DNA from: the human T2T-CHM13v2.0 reference genome, Homo sapiens
DNA: 64,000 nt
NCBI RefSeq assembly: GCF_009914755.1
Contig: NC_060926.1
Strand: one strand, 5' to 3'
In this document: in pieces, positions 13,981-28,989 of the stretch
Layout: every line of letters starts with the position of its first letter
Numbering within the stretch: the stretch's first letter is position 1
The notes under the pieces: model-generated
The model's database searches: none
The model's input: only the letters and a program-made list of their open reading frames with translations
What the model was told of the DNA's origin: nothing
Translations under genes and position numbers: made by a program

Positions 13981-14935
13981 TTAAAGCTACTGGTCAGTAG
14001 TCTGCAATCTTCCCACTCAAGTGGGAAAAATTAATTTTAAATTTAATTACTCCTATTTAAAAATTAAGTATATCAAAGACCCTTAGAGAAAGTATAACAT
14101 TTTAGTTACGTTTTTTTCTGAAACAGAAATAGAACATGAAAAAGTGAAAGGAAATTATTGGAGTGCTTTCACCAGAAGATGACATAATCTGAGTTAAAAA
14201 GGACACCACAGAGGATAAACCTTTCCTTCCCTGGGCAGTGAGAAAAGATGGATTAATGTAGACCCTTGGGGTCTCACCTCTCTTTATAAATACTTTTGAA
14301 AAGTTCCCTATTTTCAGTCCTCTTCCTTCTTCTCACTCTTATGTTGACCAGTTATGTGAATTCTTGAGCCTTTTGAGTGTCTGTAGAACTAATCAATACA
14401 TGTGCTTTTGAAGATACTTTTCTCTACCATGACTCATTACTCTTAATTTAAATCTTCTCTTTGATATGTCATTTACATGTATTGCATCCATTTTCTATCT
14501 TGATACATTTTGATTAGAGTCAACAGCTCTCTTCTGGCTTAATTATGGGTAGAGTTTGTGCTGAATTTCTGATTTCGGTTCACGTTGTTTTGAGTAAATT
14601 TCAAAAAAGAAGGTGAGGGTAATATGTGTTTTTACCATTCTGCTTTGGAATTCCTACTGCTATTCCATTTAAAGGTTCTCAAGAAAGAAATATCTGTCCT
14701 CTTCCCTAAACCTTTGACCTTCCAAAACACTCACTGCCAGGCTATTTTCTACAGCATGTGGAGTACCTGACATCAATACCCAGTTAGCCATTTAAGACTA
14801 CAGTAGTGGCAAGACCATGTGTGCACACATCACAGTGTCATAGTATTTGAGTGCTCATTTCTGTCTTTCATGAGTGGATGCAGATTTATTAGGGTGTCTT
14901 TTTAACATTTAGCCACTGATTATTAGCAATACTGC

Positions 14936-15271
14936 ACTGAAGGAGAATATATGTGAGAAAGCAAAAAAATTTACTTTCATTATTAACAGTCATCAAAGGG
15001 TAGTTTTAGTAAAATTGGGATGTCTATGATCAGTGTGTTCTCAATCAAAAACAATAATCCATTTGGCTCTAAGGAATAACACAATCATTATAATAATTGT
15101 ATTATTGTATAACAATATAATACTGAAGGAGAATATATGTGAGAAAGCAAAAAAAAATTACTTTCATTATTAGCAGTCATCAAAGGGTAGTTTTTAGCAG
15201 AATTGGAATGGCTAAGATCAGTGTGTTCTCGATCAAAAATAATAATCAGCCCATCTGGCTCTAAGGAATAA
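14936..15271. repeat. Diverged tandem duplication, 2 x ~145 bp, period 186
   Basis: actgaaggagaatatatgtgagaaagc...ggctctaaggaataa at 14936-15079 and 15122-15271. Confidence 0.95.
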
Positions 15272-16325
15272 TATAATTATCTTTGGTGTTCCAGCCTCTA
15301 CTTTAGGTTCTTGTCTCTTTTAATTTCTTTCTTAACACTAAATAGTTCTCTCTATTCACCTACAGAAAATGACTGATAAATTTATTTACACCGTGGTTTT
15401 TGCATATTCATTTTTTTCTAAAACAGTTTGCATTTCAAAAGATAATCTGGACAGAAAAGGCAATTATTAAATGAAATGACATGTTGAACTTTAAGCATGA
15501 AGAATAATGATGTGGGGGATTGGAGAGTCTTCTAGTGTTTCAGTCACTCTACTTTCTGCAAAGCTAGCCCTGATCATAATGATAATGTTATCAGTCAGTG
15601 CTATATCCTGGAAAATGAACATGTCAAGGCCAGAACTTGGCAATGTGACAGAAAAGGGGTGGGAGTTACGAAATAAAGTGTTCAAAAGACTTAGAAAAGC
15701 TCATTGGGAGCAAGCTTATTTTCCATAAGAAATGGTTATTAGAGATCAAAAGAAAAGAAGAGCAAAACAAGGGGGACTCCAGGGGACTACTTGTAATTCC
15801 CTCTATATTTTTTGGTAATTCATCCCCAACATCTCTCCGAAATAGCTGTATATACATTTGAAGGACACAGTAGAACATTCAAAAGTAGAACTTCAAAAGT
15901 TTGTACTTCTGAGTTTGTGTTCAGTAACACACAGATGTATAGAATTCTTAAGGTTTAAGATCAAATTCTTCATATTTCAGGAATAATACATCAGCTATTC
16001 TATTTGACCCCTTTCCTGTAAGGAGAACATAGTTTCTTAAAATGTAAATCATCAAAAAAAATTTTATTGTAGGATATTATTACACATATTAGGATACTTC
16101 CTGAGATAATTTTGGAACTCATTTATGTTATCTTCCTTCCTGAATTAAGATTTTCAAATATAAATGAACAAATAACCCATGTGATCCTTGCAATTAAAAA
16201 TGGTTATGTACTTTAGATGTTTTCAACCCTAAAGTTAGTTGTTTTTTACATACCGAAACACTTTAAATGGAGATACAGTGTTTTCTATTTTTGGTTAATG
16301 TTTTAAATTACCATGTTCTATTATG

Positions 16326-16585
16326 CAGGGTTAACTATAAAATTTGACCAAAATCTGTATTTTATGGACAAAAAAGGACAATAAACATCAATACCCAACT
16401 GGCTTTTGACATACCATATAAGACTATAGAGTTACAGCCATATAAGACTGTAGAGTGCCTGTAATCTTGTCTAGACATTTCACAGGATCATGGAATTAAA
16501 ATGCTTTTTCTGTTTCATGCCTGGTATTCCAGCTTTCATTTTCAAATATATTTTAATTTGGATAATAAACAATATGGTCATCCTA
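16326..16585. mobile_element. Possible hAT-Blackjack (MER94-like) relic with an internal 24-bp-period duplication
   Basis: Termini cagggttaactata / atatggtcatccta; ccatataagact(a/g)tagagt occurs twice at 16414-16456. Confidence 0.45.
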
Positions 16586-19347
16586 TTAATAAATATCATG
16601 GTGAATCAAGGTAGTTCTCTGTTCATCAGGATGTGTTTGTTAAACAGGTGAGGTAGGTTAATAACCTTCCTATTGATTTTACTTTAAGAATTCCATGAGT
16701 AATGAGCCACTATCAAAGATCTCAGTGGGTCAAATTACTCAACTTCTACTCCAGCTATGTTACCTAATACTGTAATCATGCCTATGCTTCCTCTGGCAGT
16801 TAACTATAGCTACAAGGATCCTGCCATCCTCAGATATCGGCATCCATAACGAAATAAGTGAAGTTATTTCAGTTACAGCATTTCTCACTTTCATCTGCAG
16901 TCACCACAATTTTTTTTTTCAAGGATGCTTGTGCTGTCTTCTGAAAAGAGGTCTTCTGGGTCACCTTGTGAGTCGTGCTTATGAACTGAGCTAGCAGATG
17001 GTACAAGAAAAATCTGCTTTAATATCCATATGTCTCTGAGTCTTTATATACATATATAAAGACTTTATATATATATAAAGACATATGTATATATATATAT
17101 ATATGATGGAATTTCTACCACAACCTTATTCAGCATAAATCACCAATGAGTTCAGTGAATAAACAATTAGTTAGACTCCTATACGTTTGAGTTAGGAGAT
17201 GGAGTCGGAATTTCTGATAAGATTAACTATATCAATTAATGAAACCCAATTTAAAATCATATTCTTCCTGTGATCAAGTTTTGCTGATATAAATATATAT
17301 TTTCATTAGCTTAAACTTAAGCTAAATTATTCTGTGGCTATAAAATATATATGTTTGATATGTATATACACATACACATACATATATACATATTTATATA
17401 TATATTTTTCCATGTTATGTCTCATTTCTGAGATGGCTGCAGTTTGTTTTGCTCTATGTTGTCTTTATCCCAGGGCCCAGCTAAAGGAGTAGGACCTTTC
17501 TGGAAATTGTTGATTTTGTGGCAGGGAAAGAGAAACATGGTGGCAGACCACACACTGGCTCTTGAGCTTCTTCTTGGAAGTTGCAAACATCAATTCTGTT
17601 CACATTCCATTTGCCAAATCAAGCCACATGGCCAAACCTTACATCAGTCGGGGTACAGATGTGCTAATTTTCCATGGGAGCAGACACAAAAAGTATTTAA
17701 ACAAAAATGCAATCACCTTGTAGATATTTTGGCATGGAAATCTTCTTTTCCTTGGTTTGCCATTGTAACTGGCCTCTCTGGCAACCTGGGATCTGTTCTA
17801 AATATGGTTGTGGAAAAAACTAGATAGTAGTAATAAAGCAAGAAGGTAATTGGTATTTTATTCCAAGTTGACCTGTGAGGTCATTTCAGTTCTGCAATAA
17901 AGCAGATCGCTATAATAGTCTTTTTGAGGTTTGAGCATTTAGAATGCTTGCACTTATAAAATTATTTGAATAAAAAATTCCACCTTTGGGGATATTATTT
18001 TTTCATAATTAACTTTCACATAAGCAACATAGTGAGTCTGTGGATATAACCTGTTTTGTAATTTAGCATCTCAAAAGGTACGATTTTGTCTGATCTTTGA
18101 CTATAATAGCCCTCCAGATAATATAAGAAAATAATTTAGACAGATCATAGACATTTCCTGATTTTCTGATTGTGTCTTAAGCCAAGAGTTTAACGCCCTG
18201 GTTCTATTGCTTTATTCTTTGTTTTTCAGTATTATTAGAAAAAGCCTGTTTCATAGTCTCTCAAGCTACCATTTAATTTTCCAAAGTTTTACACTTACAG
18301 ATGAAAATTTTGGTAAAGCTCTTAACACTGAACACCATGAACTATTAATCTGCCATTATATAGTGGGGAAAATAAGATATTTCTCGCTTTTAAACCAACC
18401 ATATCAGAGAACCAATCACTTTCCCATTGCCTACAATCACTGGTGGTACCAAGTACTTTATCAATAAAGACTTGATTTCAGATAACTAAACCCTCCAGCA
18501 ACTTTAAGCAGAAGAATATTTGACATAGGGAAATATGCATTTATAAAAGCATTAGATATCCTAGAGGAGCAAGCTCCAGCCTGGGCCTTCAAACCGATTC
18601 ATAGAATAGCACTTCAGAACTAATCTATCAAGAAAAATTTTACCTTTGCTGGAAGCAGGAGATTGCTTTCTCAACTTTTGCTTCCAGGACTAGGGTACCT
18701 TAGCTACATGCAAGGATCAGGAAACTGCCACTGGAATTGTTGACTCAAGCTATGCTGTTGGAAGAAGGAGAGGGGTGCTTCTCTTTCTGACACCTTCTAC
18801 TTCATTGAACGAGATTCTAAATACAAAACTGCTGTGTGTCCATTTAAACTGGTGAAATCTAAAATACAACTATAACTCTGCAAGAGAGTCTGAGATATCT
18901 TATAATTTGAGTCCCAATGAAGGAAGGAGGTTAAGAATAAGTGTTGCAAAAAGTCAATCCTCAGCACGTATAAAATTATTCTATTGGATTTTCTTTTTTG
19001 TAATTTCTATTGAGAAGTTTGCTTTCAACTTATTGTTCTTCATTTATAGATAAAATTGGTCTCTGGTTGCACTTAGTATCTCCTTTTGTGTTTGGTGTGC
19101 TGCAGTTTCATTGTATATTACTTAAGTGTAGATTACTATTTATTCATTCTACTTAATACTCATTATAATTCCTGAATGTAAGGATTTATATACTTCAATA
19201 ATTCTTGAAAATTTACACTGAATTATATTTTTTAGTTTATATTTGCATGTGTTACCTGTCAGTAACTCAGTTATCTTTTTCTGAAACTTCTATTAAATAT
19301 ATGTATAAAACTTATTTAAGTCCTTTATATCACAACATTTCAATCTC

Positions 19348-19349
19348 TG

Positions 19350-19417
<68 letters not shown>

Positions 19418-19420
19418 TAT
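19348..19420. repeat. Compound (TG)/(TA)n/(CA)n microsatellite
   Basis: Direct inspection. Confidence 0.95.
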
Positions 19421-19673
19421 AATTCAGATAACTAACAATCTTACCAATGCCCTAATTTGCTGTGAAATTCATCTATTTATTCATTTTATATTGATGCCTA
19501 CATTATTTATATTTTGAAGTTCTGTTCTGGGCTTTTGCAAAACTGGCCAGCATTTTTCTACAGCATCATATTATTGCCTTTTTTAATAAAGAAGGCAATT
19601 ATTTTAAATAAACATATAATGACTCCTTGCTGGCTCTATTATCTGAAATTCTTTAGAGAGTGGCGATTAGAAT

Positions 19674-20105
19674 GTGGATGTAACTTTTTTGGCATGCAGC
19701 ATTCTAATCTCCAGAGCCTGCAAATATTATTTTATTGGAGAAAGGGTCTGTGCAGATGTAATTGAATTAAAAATCTTGGGATGAAGGGATCATTCTAGAT
19801 TATCCGGGTAGGCCCTAAACTCAATGACTAGTGTCCTTACAAAAGACACACAGAAGACACACTAAAAGAGCAGTAGATGAGGGAGGCAGAGATTGGAGTG
19901 TTGCAGCCAAAAGACAAGGAACACTGACAGTTTTCAAAACTGAAAAACGCAAGGAACAGAATCTCCATAGAGCCTCTGGAGGGAGCCCAGTCCTGGCTAC
20001 ACCTTCAAACTCTGGTCTCCAGAGCTGTAAGAGAATACATTTCTGTTGTTTTAAACCACAACTTTAATGGTAATTTGTTACAGCAGCCCTTGGGAATTAA
20101 ATACA
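19674..20105 (+). mobile_element. MLT1C-like MaLR solo LTR
   Basis: tgcagatgtaatt, gattatccgggtaggccctaaa, ggaggcagagattggagtg, agaatacatttctgttgttttaa, taatttgttacagcagcc...aataca. Confidence 0.85.
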
Positions 20106-21168
20106 GAATGTAATCTTGCTCTGTTAGTTTGTTTGTTTCTGTCTATTCTTGCTCGTGGGCACTTTGTACTCTTGGATTGCAAGGTCTTCCTTGAGAATTG
20201 TGGATCCTGACTTGAAGATATGTTCATTTTCAAAGAGCATATATGTAACTATTCCAGAAGCCTGAGGAGTATCACTAGCCTGGACCAATCTTTTTATGTT
20301 AATTTTTTACGGACCAAGGCACCCTGATGGATCCAAATAATACAAATGTGAACCCCAGACTGTGGGTAGGCCAGGCAGTTGATTGTGAATTTGCTTGGGA
20401 GGATTTCTTTTCTGTCCTGGCCACCCATCCTGCATTAGTTAATTTTGTTTTAATCCACTCTTTCACTTTGGTAGAGCTGCCCTCCAGTTTTTCGAGGACC
20501 GTAGGCTACATCTTCAGCTCCCATATTGCTCTAAAACCCACTTTCATCAATGAGAAGACTGGAACCTTTCCACCTTCACCCCAGATCTGTCCGGTTTGCT
20601 TCAGTTTGAGAGCTAAGCACTCTAGTTATGGCTATAATTTTTTTGTCTCCTCTTTGCTTTTAATCTCTGGTAGTCTTTTATGTGAGAGCACTTATAATTT
20701 TTAAAGGACTTAAAAATAGTAAATCCAGTATTTCTAAGTAAATTGTACCATAAAGTGGAACAGCTAGGTTTAAGTTTAAAACAGAGATCCAAATGTTGCA
20801 CATTCTAAATAAATACTATTTTATTAAATAAGTTTGTAAGAAAGACTCAAAATTCCAGTTTCCTCGTTGTGATTTTATACTATGGCTATACAAGGTGTCA
20901 CAACTGATGAAAAATGGCCGCAGAGTTTATGGAATTTCTGTATATTAATTTCCCCATCTGTGTGTGAATCTTCAGTTACTTAAAAATAAAGCATTAAAAA
21001 AGTAAATAAAAATAAAATTTGCTAAACCACAAGAGTTTCTTTCTTTCTCATGTAAGAGAAAAGCTAGGTCCTGATGAAGGTAGCTTAGGTTTACATATCT
21101 ATCTAGAATGTAAGCTTTATTTCAGCTTTCTTCTACATAATTTCTATACTATATGTCATGGTCTCAAG

Positions 21169-21665
21169 CGAGGCAAGGAGAATAGGGTTTGGAGGCAGGG
21201 AACCTAAGGCTGATTCTGCCTGACTCGATATCAGAGGCTACTCCCTTTTCAACCCCTCCTTTATTCTGCATGGCAGTTGCTGCTGGCAGTTGTAACCCCT
21301 CCTTTTGCTGCCTCGCAGTTGTTGCATGGCAGTTGGAAAATGAAAGTACCTCTGATTGGTCCCCTCCTGCAACCAATCAGATTGGTCGTGGGCCTCCTCT
21401 TCAACCAATCAGACTAGTCACAGGTCACTCGAGTGAACCAATGGGAAACCTCTTGAGGGTATATAAACCCCAGAAAATTCTGTCACCAGGGTCGTTGAAC
21501 AGCTGCTCTGCAAGCTCCCACCCTGTGGAGTGTACTTTGATCTTCAATAAATCTTTGCTTTCATTGCTTCATTCTTTCATTGCTTTGCTGTGCATTCTGT
21601 CCAATTCTTTGTTCAAAATGCCAAGAACCTGGACAATTTGCAGTCAAGACCCTCCACCGGTAACA
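21169..21665 (+). mobile_element. MER51-family ERV1 solo LTR
   Basis: gaggcaaggagaatagggtttggaggcagggaacctaaggc start; gccaagaacctggaca...ccctccaccggtaaca end; flanks caag/caat (4-bp TSD, 1 mismatch). Confidence 0.8.
21351..21551 (+). promoter_or_regulatory. LTR U3 promoter motifs: five CCAAT/ATTGG boxes, TATA box, polyA signal
   Basis: ATTGG 21355 and 21381; CCAAT 21373, 21405, 21438; TATATAAA 21460-21467; AATAAA 21546-21551. Activity unknown. Confidence 0.6.
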
Positions 21666-23311
21666 CAATTTCCAAATTGGACTTAACATTTTCATTTTTC
21701 CAGAGCAGATTGGAGGTAGAGAAGAAAGAAGGCATTTCCTTCTTTTCAAAGACACATCCTCAAAGTTGCATATATTATTCTTTCTCGCTTTATATGTCAG
21801 ATGTTAGGTATATGGCTACACTTCCTGGAAGCTTCCTGAGAATTGTAGCATTTAAGCAGCCAGCATTCTAAAATTAGAGTTCTAGTTCTATGGAGGAAGG
21901 GAGACTATTGGAGTTCCTCTAAGTTTCTGCCATGAGCATTTTCAGGTTATGTTGTCTACATGTTATCTAATACCAAAACCTCTGTTAGTATCTTCTTTAT
22001 TATATAGAAAATAGGGAATTCTATCAGGCCATAAATACATGTTTGTTTTAAAATAAAAATTAAAGTTCTATTACATAAAGATTCTGAAAGAATATCTACA
22101 AAATGAAGTTCTGCATTTGGTAAGCTATTCAGAGGCATTAAACTGCCATCTATGGATTTTTCTAAATTACATATATACTTATAAATAATTTATAAGGACA
22201 AGATTTTAGAGTTACAATGCTTGCCAGTGAAATTAAGGAAGAGGTGAACTTCATGGTAGAGATGAGAGCTCCCCTGAACTTTTCATCTCTCTGCTTGACA
22301 TGAACAAGTTTATGACAAAGTATAGTTGATGACTCAGAAAATCTTTTGACAGATGTGCAGAAGCTGACAAATTCTCCACTTTGCTGGTAAAAAGTTACAT
22401 ATCCATCTTGGTCTTTTTCTGGACTGGCACAATTTGCATCTCCCTTATCAGAACCGTATTCAAGCTTACAACAGCTGATAGTGTCACTAATGTCATTGTA
22501 CCCTATCACGACAGTCTTCCACTCTCTCTCTCTTCCTGCCCCACATATTGCCCAATATATTAACATTGCTTATGTTGCTGTTTTATTAGAAAAGACACTT
22601 ACTCTTCATTCATTTCTCAGTCTTTCACTCTTTCTCTTGTATACACACACACACATAATTAATACTTGCTCGTCATTCAATCTTACAGTGAAATTCTGGT
22701 AGTGAAATCCATATTTTCCTATAATTCTTATAATGAAATTATCATTTCTCAAGAAAGGAGAACTTAAAGACAGGTTAAAATGAAGTACATTTTCTCTGTC
22801 AACACTATGCTTTCCTATTTGATGGATGATTATTTATACACAATTCTGTTTACCAAACAATGGTCTGTTGAGGTATTTAATAAACTGAAATAAGATTTTT
22901 TTTTCTTTGAGACAAATTTCTATTAAGGTAACATATTAAATTTTCACCGCAGTTGCTGTGGATTAATATCTATTTGGAGTGCACAGCATTCTAAATGTTA
23001 AACACACACCTAGCTAGCACTATACTTTTTACAGGCAATGTCATATTAAGGAACTTGGAAAACCTTATGGGAAAGTTGTTATATATTATCTTGACTGTTA
23101 TTACAGTAAATATATTTCTCTTTTTCTGACCAGGAATGGTAATAATTATAAACTCAAAAATGTTCTCCAATTCTTAAGAAACTCAGGCTGAACTAGAAAA
23201 TTTCTGGGTAAACAATATTTCTAAAGAATATAGAAGGCATACAGAATATGTGTTCCAGAAAACAAACCTGGCTCCCTTAAAAAAACAAAAAAAAAAACAA
23301 AAAACACTTTA

Positions 23312-23756
<445 letters not shown>

Positions 23757-24194
23757 TTATAAATTTGTACTATTTCTATTGCATTTTATCAGACATCTGA
23801 GCGCCAGTCAACTGTAAGGTCTTTCAGAACTCTGACTGCATTGTTCCTATGAGCTTTAATATTTCCATGACTCCAGAGTTTAGCACAGCATCAAATCACT
23901 CAACAGGTCATTGTCATTTATAATGCCAGATACACCATGCTTTATTTTATTTACGCTAATAGTTTGGCTTTATTTATGCAGTTGAGAAGTAAATTATTTT
24001 GGGCCCTGTTTACGTAAATAAAAAGCATAATTTAATGAGATATAGCAAGTATTAATATACTGTTAATAAAATATATTGGTATCTGAGTTGGGAAGATTGA
24101 AAATAATATTCATTCATTAAATTCCCATTTTGTACATCCTTTATGATTTTACCATAAACTGTAATGGGGAAAATCTCAGAAATGGAAAGTTGTG

Positions 24195-24260
24195 TTAAAC
24201 AGTGTCTTAATATATTATTTAAACTTCATTAAAGAGTGTCTTAATATGTTATTTAAACTT
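24195..24260. repeat. Tandem duplication, 34-bp period, 2 copies
   Basis: ttaaa(c/g)agtgtcttaatat(a/g)ttatttaaactt occurs twice. Confidence 0.9.
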
Positions 24261-26008
24261 GTACAATTTTGTTTAGGAGACAGAAAAATGTGGAAGAAAA
24301 TATGATATATTTATAAGTTAAAAATGCATGAAAAGATTTTTATATTTTGGAATTTCAGAGGGGTTACTTTTAATTTAGTATTAATTCAGACTTTTTAAAA
24401 ACTTGTGGATAATTCAAATATTAATAAGACAAGAATCCTTTGTGAAAGAAGAGATGAAGATTGCACACAAATTAACATACCATCATATAGAAAGCATTTG
24501 GAGCCGTATTAGAGGTGCAGATAAAGATTTGTGGTTGCTGAAATGTTCAAGCATTATTTTTCAAAACAGATGTGACTCTGTGGAAGATGGGGCATTGGGA
24601 TGGAGCTTGAGGGATGAACAAAAACGGACATGGTTGTGTAGTTTGGAATAAAACTTGTGAAATGCATTTTTAAATAAAATATAAAATCAGCTAGTATATA
24701 ATTACCAGAGAGCTTTGAAAAAGTATTTGATAAAGAGCTTTGTATGTATGCTTCAGGAAATTATAATGATCAAAATCCTAAAGACTTCAAAGTACTACAT
24801 TGTGCGCATAGCATTGTTCTTCAGAAGAAAAAAAAATAACGTTTGTTTTAAAAAGAAAGAAATCTTTCTCCAAGGGACTTTAGCAATCCATTCTATCATT
24901 CACTATGGTAACAGAAAGAAAACAATAGTTGACATCAAAATTTGGCATCCTGGAAGCAGTGAAGAGGTGGTAGGTGTATTTTCTTTCTCCATTGGAGTGG
25001 GTCTGTCCTAAGAGATAATTCAGTTGTTGTTTTCTTTCAAATGAATTTGCTAGATATGTTTTTAAAAAATTGGAGTATGATGGTATAATATTTAGCAATT
25101 TCTCCAAAGAAATTCATTAGTTATGGAGCCATTGCTTAATATAGCTCTGCCTTAAACATGATTTAAATTCAAATAAGCATTCTCCTGTCATCTCAAACAT
25201 GGCTACATGTTTTCTGGCTGGTGTGTGGGAAGGAGTAGCACGCACAAATCTCTCCATTAGCTGATTTAAACATGATTTGCAATTGACAATATTCTATTGA
25301 AAAGAATGCTGTATTAAATATACTCTACACATTTGATGTACTAAAGTGACTATGCATAAAACATTAAACCTTTAGAGTAGAAAAAAAATACATTCTCAGG
25401 ACTGACCATTGTTTATTTTAATAGTCTACCTATGTGATTAAAGTACTATTATATTTGATTAATTAAACCTGACTCAAATGATGTGATACATGAAATATTT
25501 TCCCTATGAGTAATATAAATTATTTTTAGACTGCCAGAAATTGTACATATATTTCTATTACCTGTACAAATTAGAATTGGAAATCATTACATTTTCTTCT
25601 AGGTATATTCCAGGTACAATGTTTCCAAATCTATAAAAATGTAGGTTCAATCTTTTATTTGAAAAATAGCTAGCTCTTTTATAAAATATTTTTGGGCTAG
25701 TTTCTTAAGAAAAACAATTTATAATTTTAGTAGTGCTTTAGATTTCACAGTATAATTCACATGTGTTGCTTATAGTTAAAATATTAAAAACCTGAATACT
25801 TCAGTGAAGTTAGTGTAAGTTTTATACCTTAGGAAATACATAATGAAGTATAAATGGAAATGATATATGTAATGTTCTCAAATATATATTTCTATGTAAA
25901 TCATATATACATATCACAATGTGTGTGTATATATATATGCAAGGAAGAATGATAAAACAATTGTGACAAAATGTTAAAAAATGGTGAATCTGCATAAAGT
26001 ATGAGAAT

Positions 26009-26331
<323 letters not shown>

Positions 26332-28989
26332 GGGAATTATTTTTGCTATTCACATTATTTCTGTAAGTTTGAAATTACTTTAGAATCTAACTAGAAAGTA
26401 CTAATATCAATAAGACACATGTGACTTAGCCTTTCATTTAGAAGTAAGCCAAATGAGGAAAAGATCAGAAAAGTGTTGTAATTAAGGTTATGAAGGGCAT
26501 CAGTGATAGAGTCAGGAATGGAACTTAGATATTCTGATTTAGAGTTAGGGCTCTTCCATGGCCCTAAGTTACATCTACCCAACAACTGTGAAAGTAACAT
26601 AGGGAAGGCATTATTTTTCCCTCTTACAGATAGGAAATACAGGCTGAATTGGTTCAATCACTCCCTTAGGTTTTATTATTAGTGGTAAAGCAAAAATTCT
26701 CACCCAGGATTTTGATTCCAAATACAGTATCCTTTCCATTATGTAATGAATCAGCATATGAATATACGAGATGCATGCTGCTACTTAAAATCAGCATAAA
26801 ATATGCAATTAAGGATAGTTTTCAAATATCTGCTTTTTTGATTCTTCAGAATTCATTGATTTGTACAGACAGAACACAATACATTACCGTAGCATTCCTT
26901 GAGGCTAATCGGTAACAGAATTAAGGTCAGATTATTTGTGTTTTGTGTTATATTCCACTCACATTAGGAAGTAATGTTGTTCATGGTATGAATAAAAATT
27001 CACTGCTTATTTGATGTTAAAGGAAAGTAACAAAAATTAAAAAGTGAAGCCACTGGTTTCAAGTTCCAATTTTTAATTCATTTGAATTCACTCTATTCCA
27101 ATATTTAGTTTGCTTTGACTTATGTGACTCAGAGAGATTACTCAAAGAACTGGAACAGGAACTTTGTATTATGTAAAGGATTTTCTCATTGCTCTGAGTT
27201 TAAAGAGAACAGTCTGTTGTTTTCGTTTTATTTTAGAAGAGTAGTCATCTTTCTAGAATCAAATTCTATTAGACCTAATTTGAATTTCTCTATTTAGCAT
27301 AAGTTTCCCAGTCATTGTATTTTCAAAACCTTCTCTTCACTCTACATTTTAGCCACATTGATCCAAGTAAAACCTATTTATGATCTCTGAAGACATTTTA
27401 AATTTCCTATATCTAGCATATAATAGATGCTCAACAAATTTTTTATGCAATTACAAACATCATAAGTATGCATTATTTTTCTGTATATATGTATACACAC
27501 ATGAACATACATCCATGTGCATACATGGGAATACATATATGAATGAGCACATTGGAAAATTCAGTGTAAGGTAGCAGTTCTACTAGAAGTTCACTGAAAT
27601 AATTGACATTTTAAAGGGAAAATTTTACATCAGCACTGGTAACTAATCAGAAATATAGGGAAATCTGTTGAGGGTAGTTTCAGCCAATTAAGGTATCTAA
27701 GGCTAGCTGACACAAGCTAATGAAAGATAGCCTTTCAGAAAGTTGACAAAATTCACTCAAAATCACACGATTGCCTTCTAATTTGGAGTGGTGAAAATAG
27801 ATATTTTTACCTATGTCCATCATTTCAAGAATGTTTTAAAAGATGGGATGAGATGATTGTAGTAGTAAGGAGTGAATAAGAACTCATAAAGAAAAAAAAT
27901 TACCAAATTAAAATAGACTAAACAAAATGAAACTATTTCTTTAAAATAAGGAAGTCCAGTAGTAAGAAGTTCATGGCTTGGCATGAGGAGTCAGTGGTGT
28001 CGGCAAGGATTAGGCTCAGTTATTTTTGCTCTGCCACATATACATCAGCAAGATCGCCTGCTGGCCCATGATGGTGTCTAGAGCCTCAGTCATCCCACTT
28101 ACACTTGGACCAGTAAAAGGAAGAAACTTAGAAAAGGTCAAGGTGGCCCTTCTATCTGGGTCAATTCCTTTTAACGAATTGTTCTGAAAGTATATCCAAC
28201 ATTTTCTCACAAATTCCATTGGCCAGGAATTGGCAACATCTCAGTCATTAGCCACATGCAGCTTTAAAGACAGTCTAAAAAATTGATGTCTTTTATTCAT
28301 GTATTTTACCCTGCTGAAATGCACTGTTGCAAAACAAACAAAAAAAAGACACAGAACCAAACTGCTTTCTTTTTTTGTTGTTTTAGACAGATCTATGAAT
28401 GAGACTAATTTGCCTAATACTTATTCCTATTGACTTTTAGGAAGTTTTTATTGTTAGCAGAAGTTAGAAAAATAAAACTATAAACTAAATTTCTAATACT
28501 CTCTAAAACCAGGGTTCTGTACATGATTTAGACTTGCAGTAAGATTCATTAAAGTCTGTAAGACTTTATCTTTAGTTTAGGATTAAACTGCATAGGAAGA
28601 GACACAGGATTGAGGCCTCTATCTTACTGCTAAAAGCTAATCTGAGATGCAGAGGATTCTACAGCCTGAAAAACTGAGAAAAACATTGCAAGACTCACAT
28701 ACTTTAAACATGATTACTTCTATGCATATCTCAATTTAAGAAAAGACAAATGCAGTATTATACAACACTCACATTTTAGCATAATTTTGAGGAAGGGTCT
28801 TAGCTCATAAATTTGGCCTCCTAATGTGAAAACTAAATTTCTGAAGCAGGGCACGTTAAGCCTCATACCTGGGAACTTGGGAGAGATTTGAGAACTTGAG
28901 AGAGACTTACTTTTATTCTCAGTTTTGTCAAATAGTAGTATTTGGACCAATGGCCTGAATGAAAAACTCCTTAGAAAGTGTTCATAGGC

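Noticed and set aside
21189-21686. 165-aa ORF, the longest in the track
   Set aside because: Lies almost entirely within a solo LTR, has a non-ATG start and no protein-family signature
22162-22566. 134-aa ATG-initiated minus-strand ORF in apparently unique DNA
   Set aside because: No recognisable domain or supporting gene structure; an ORF of this length is plausible by chance in 64 kb x 6 frames
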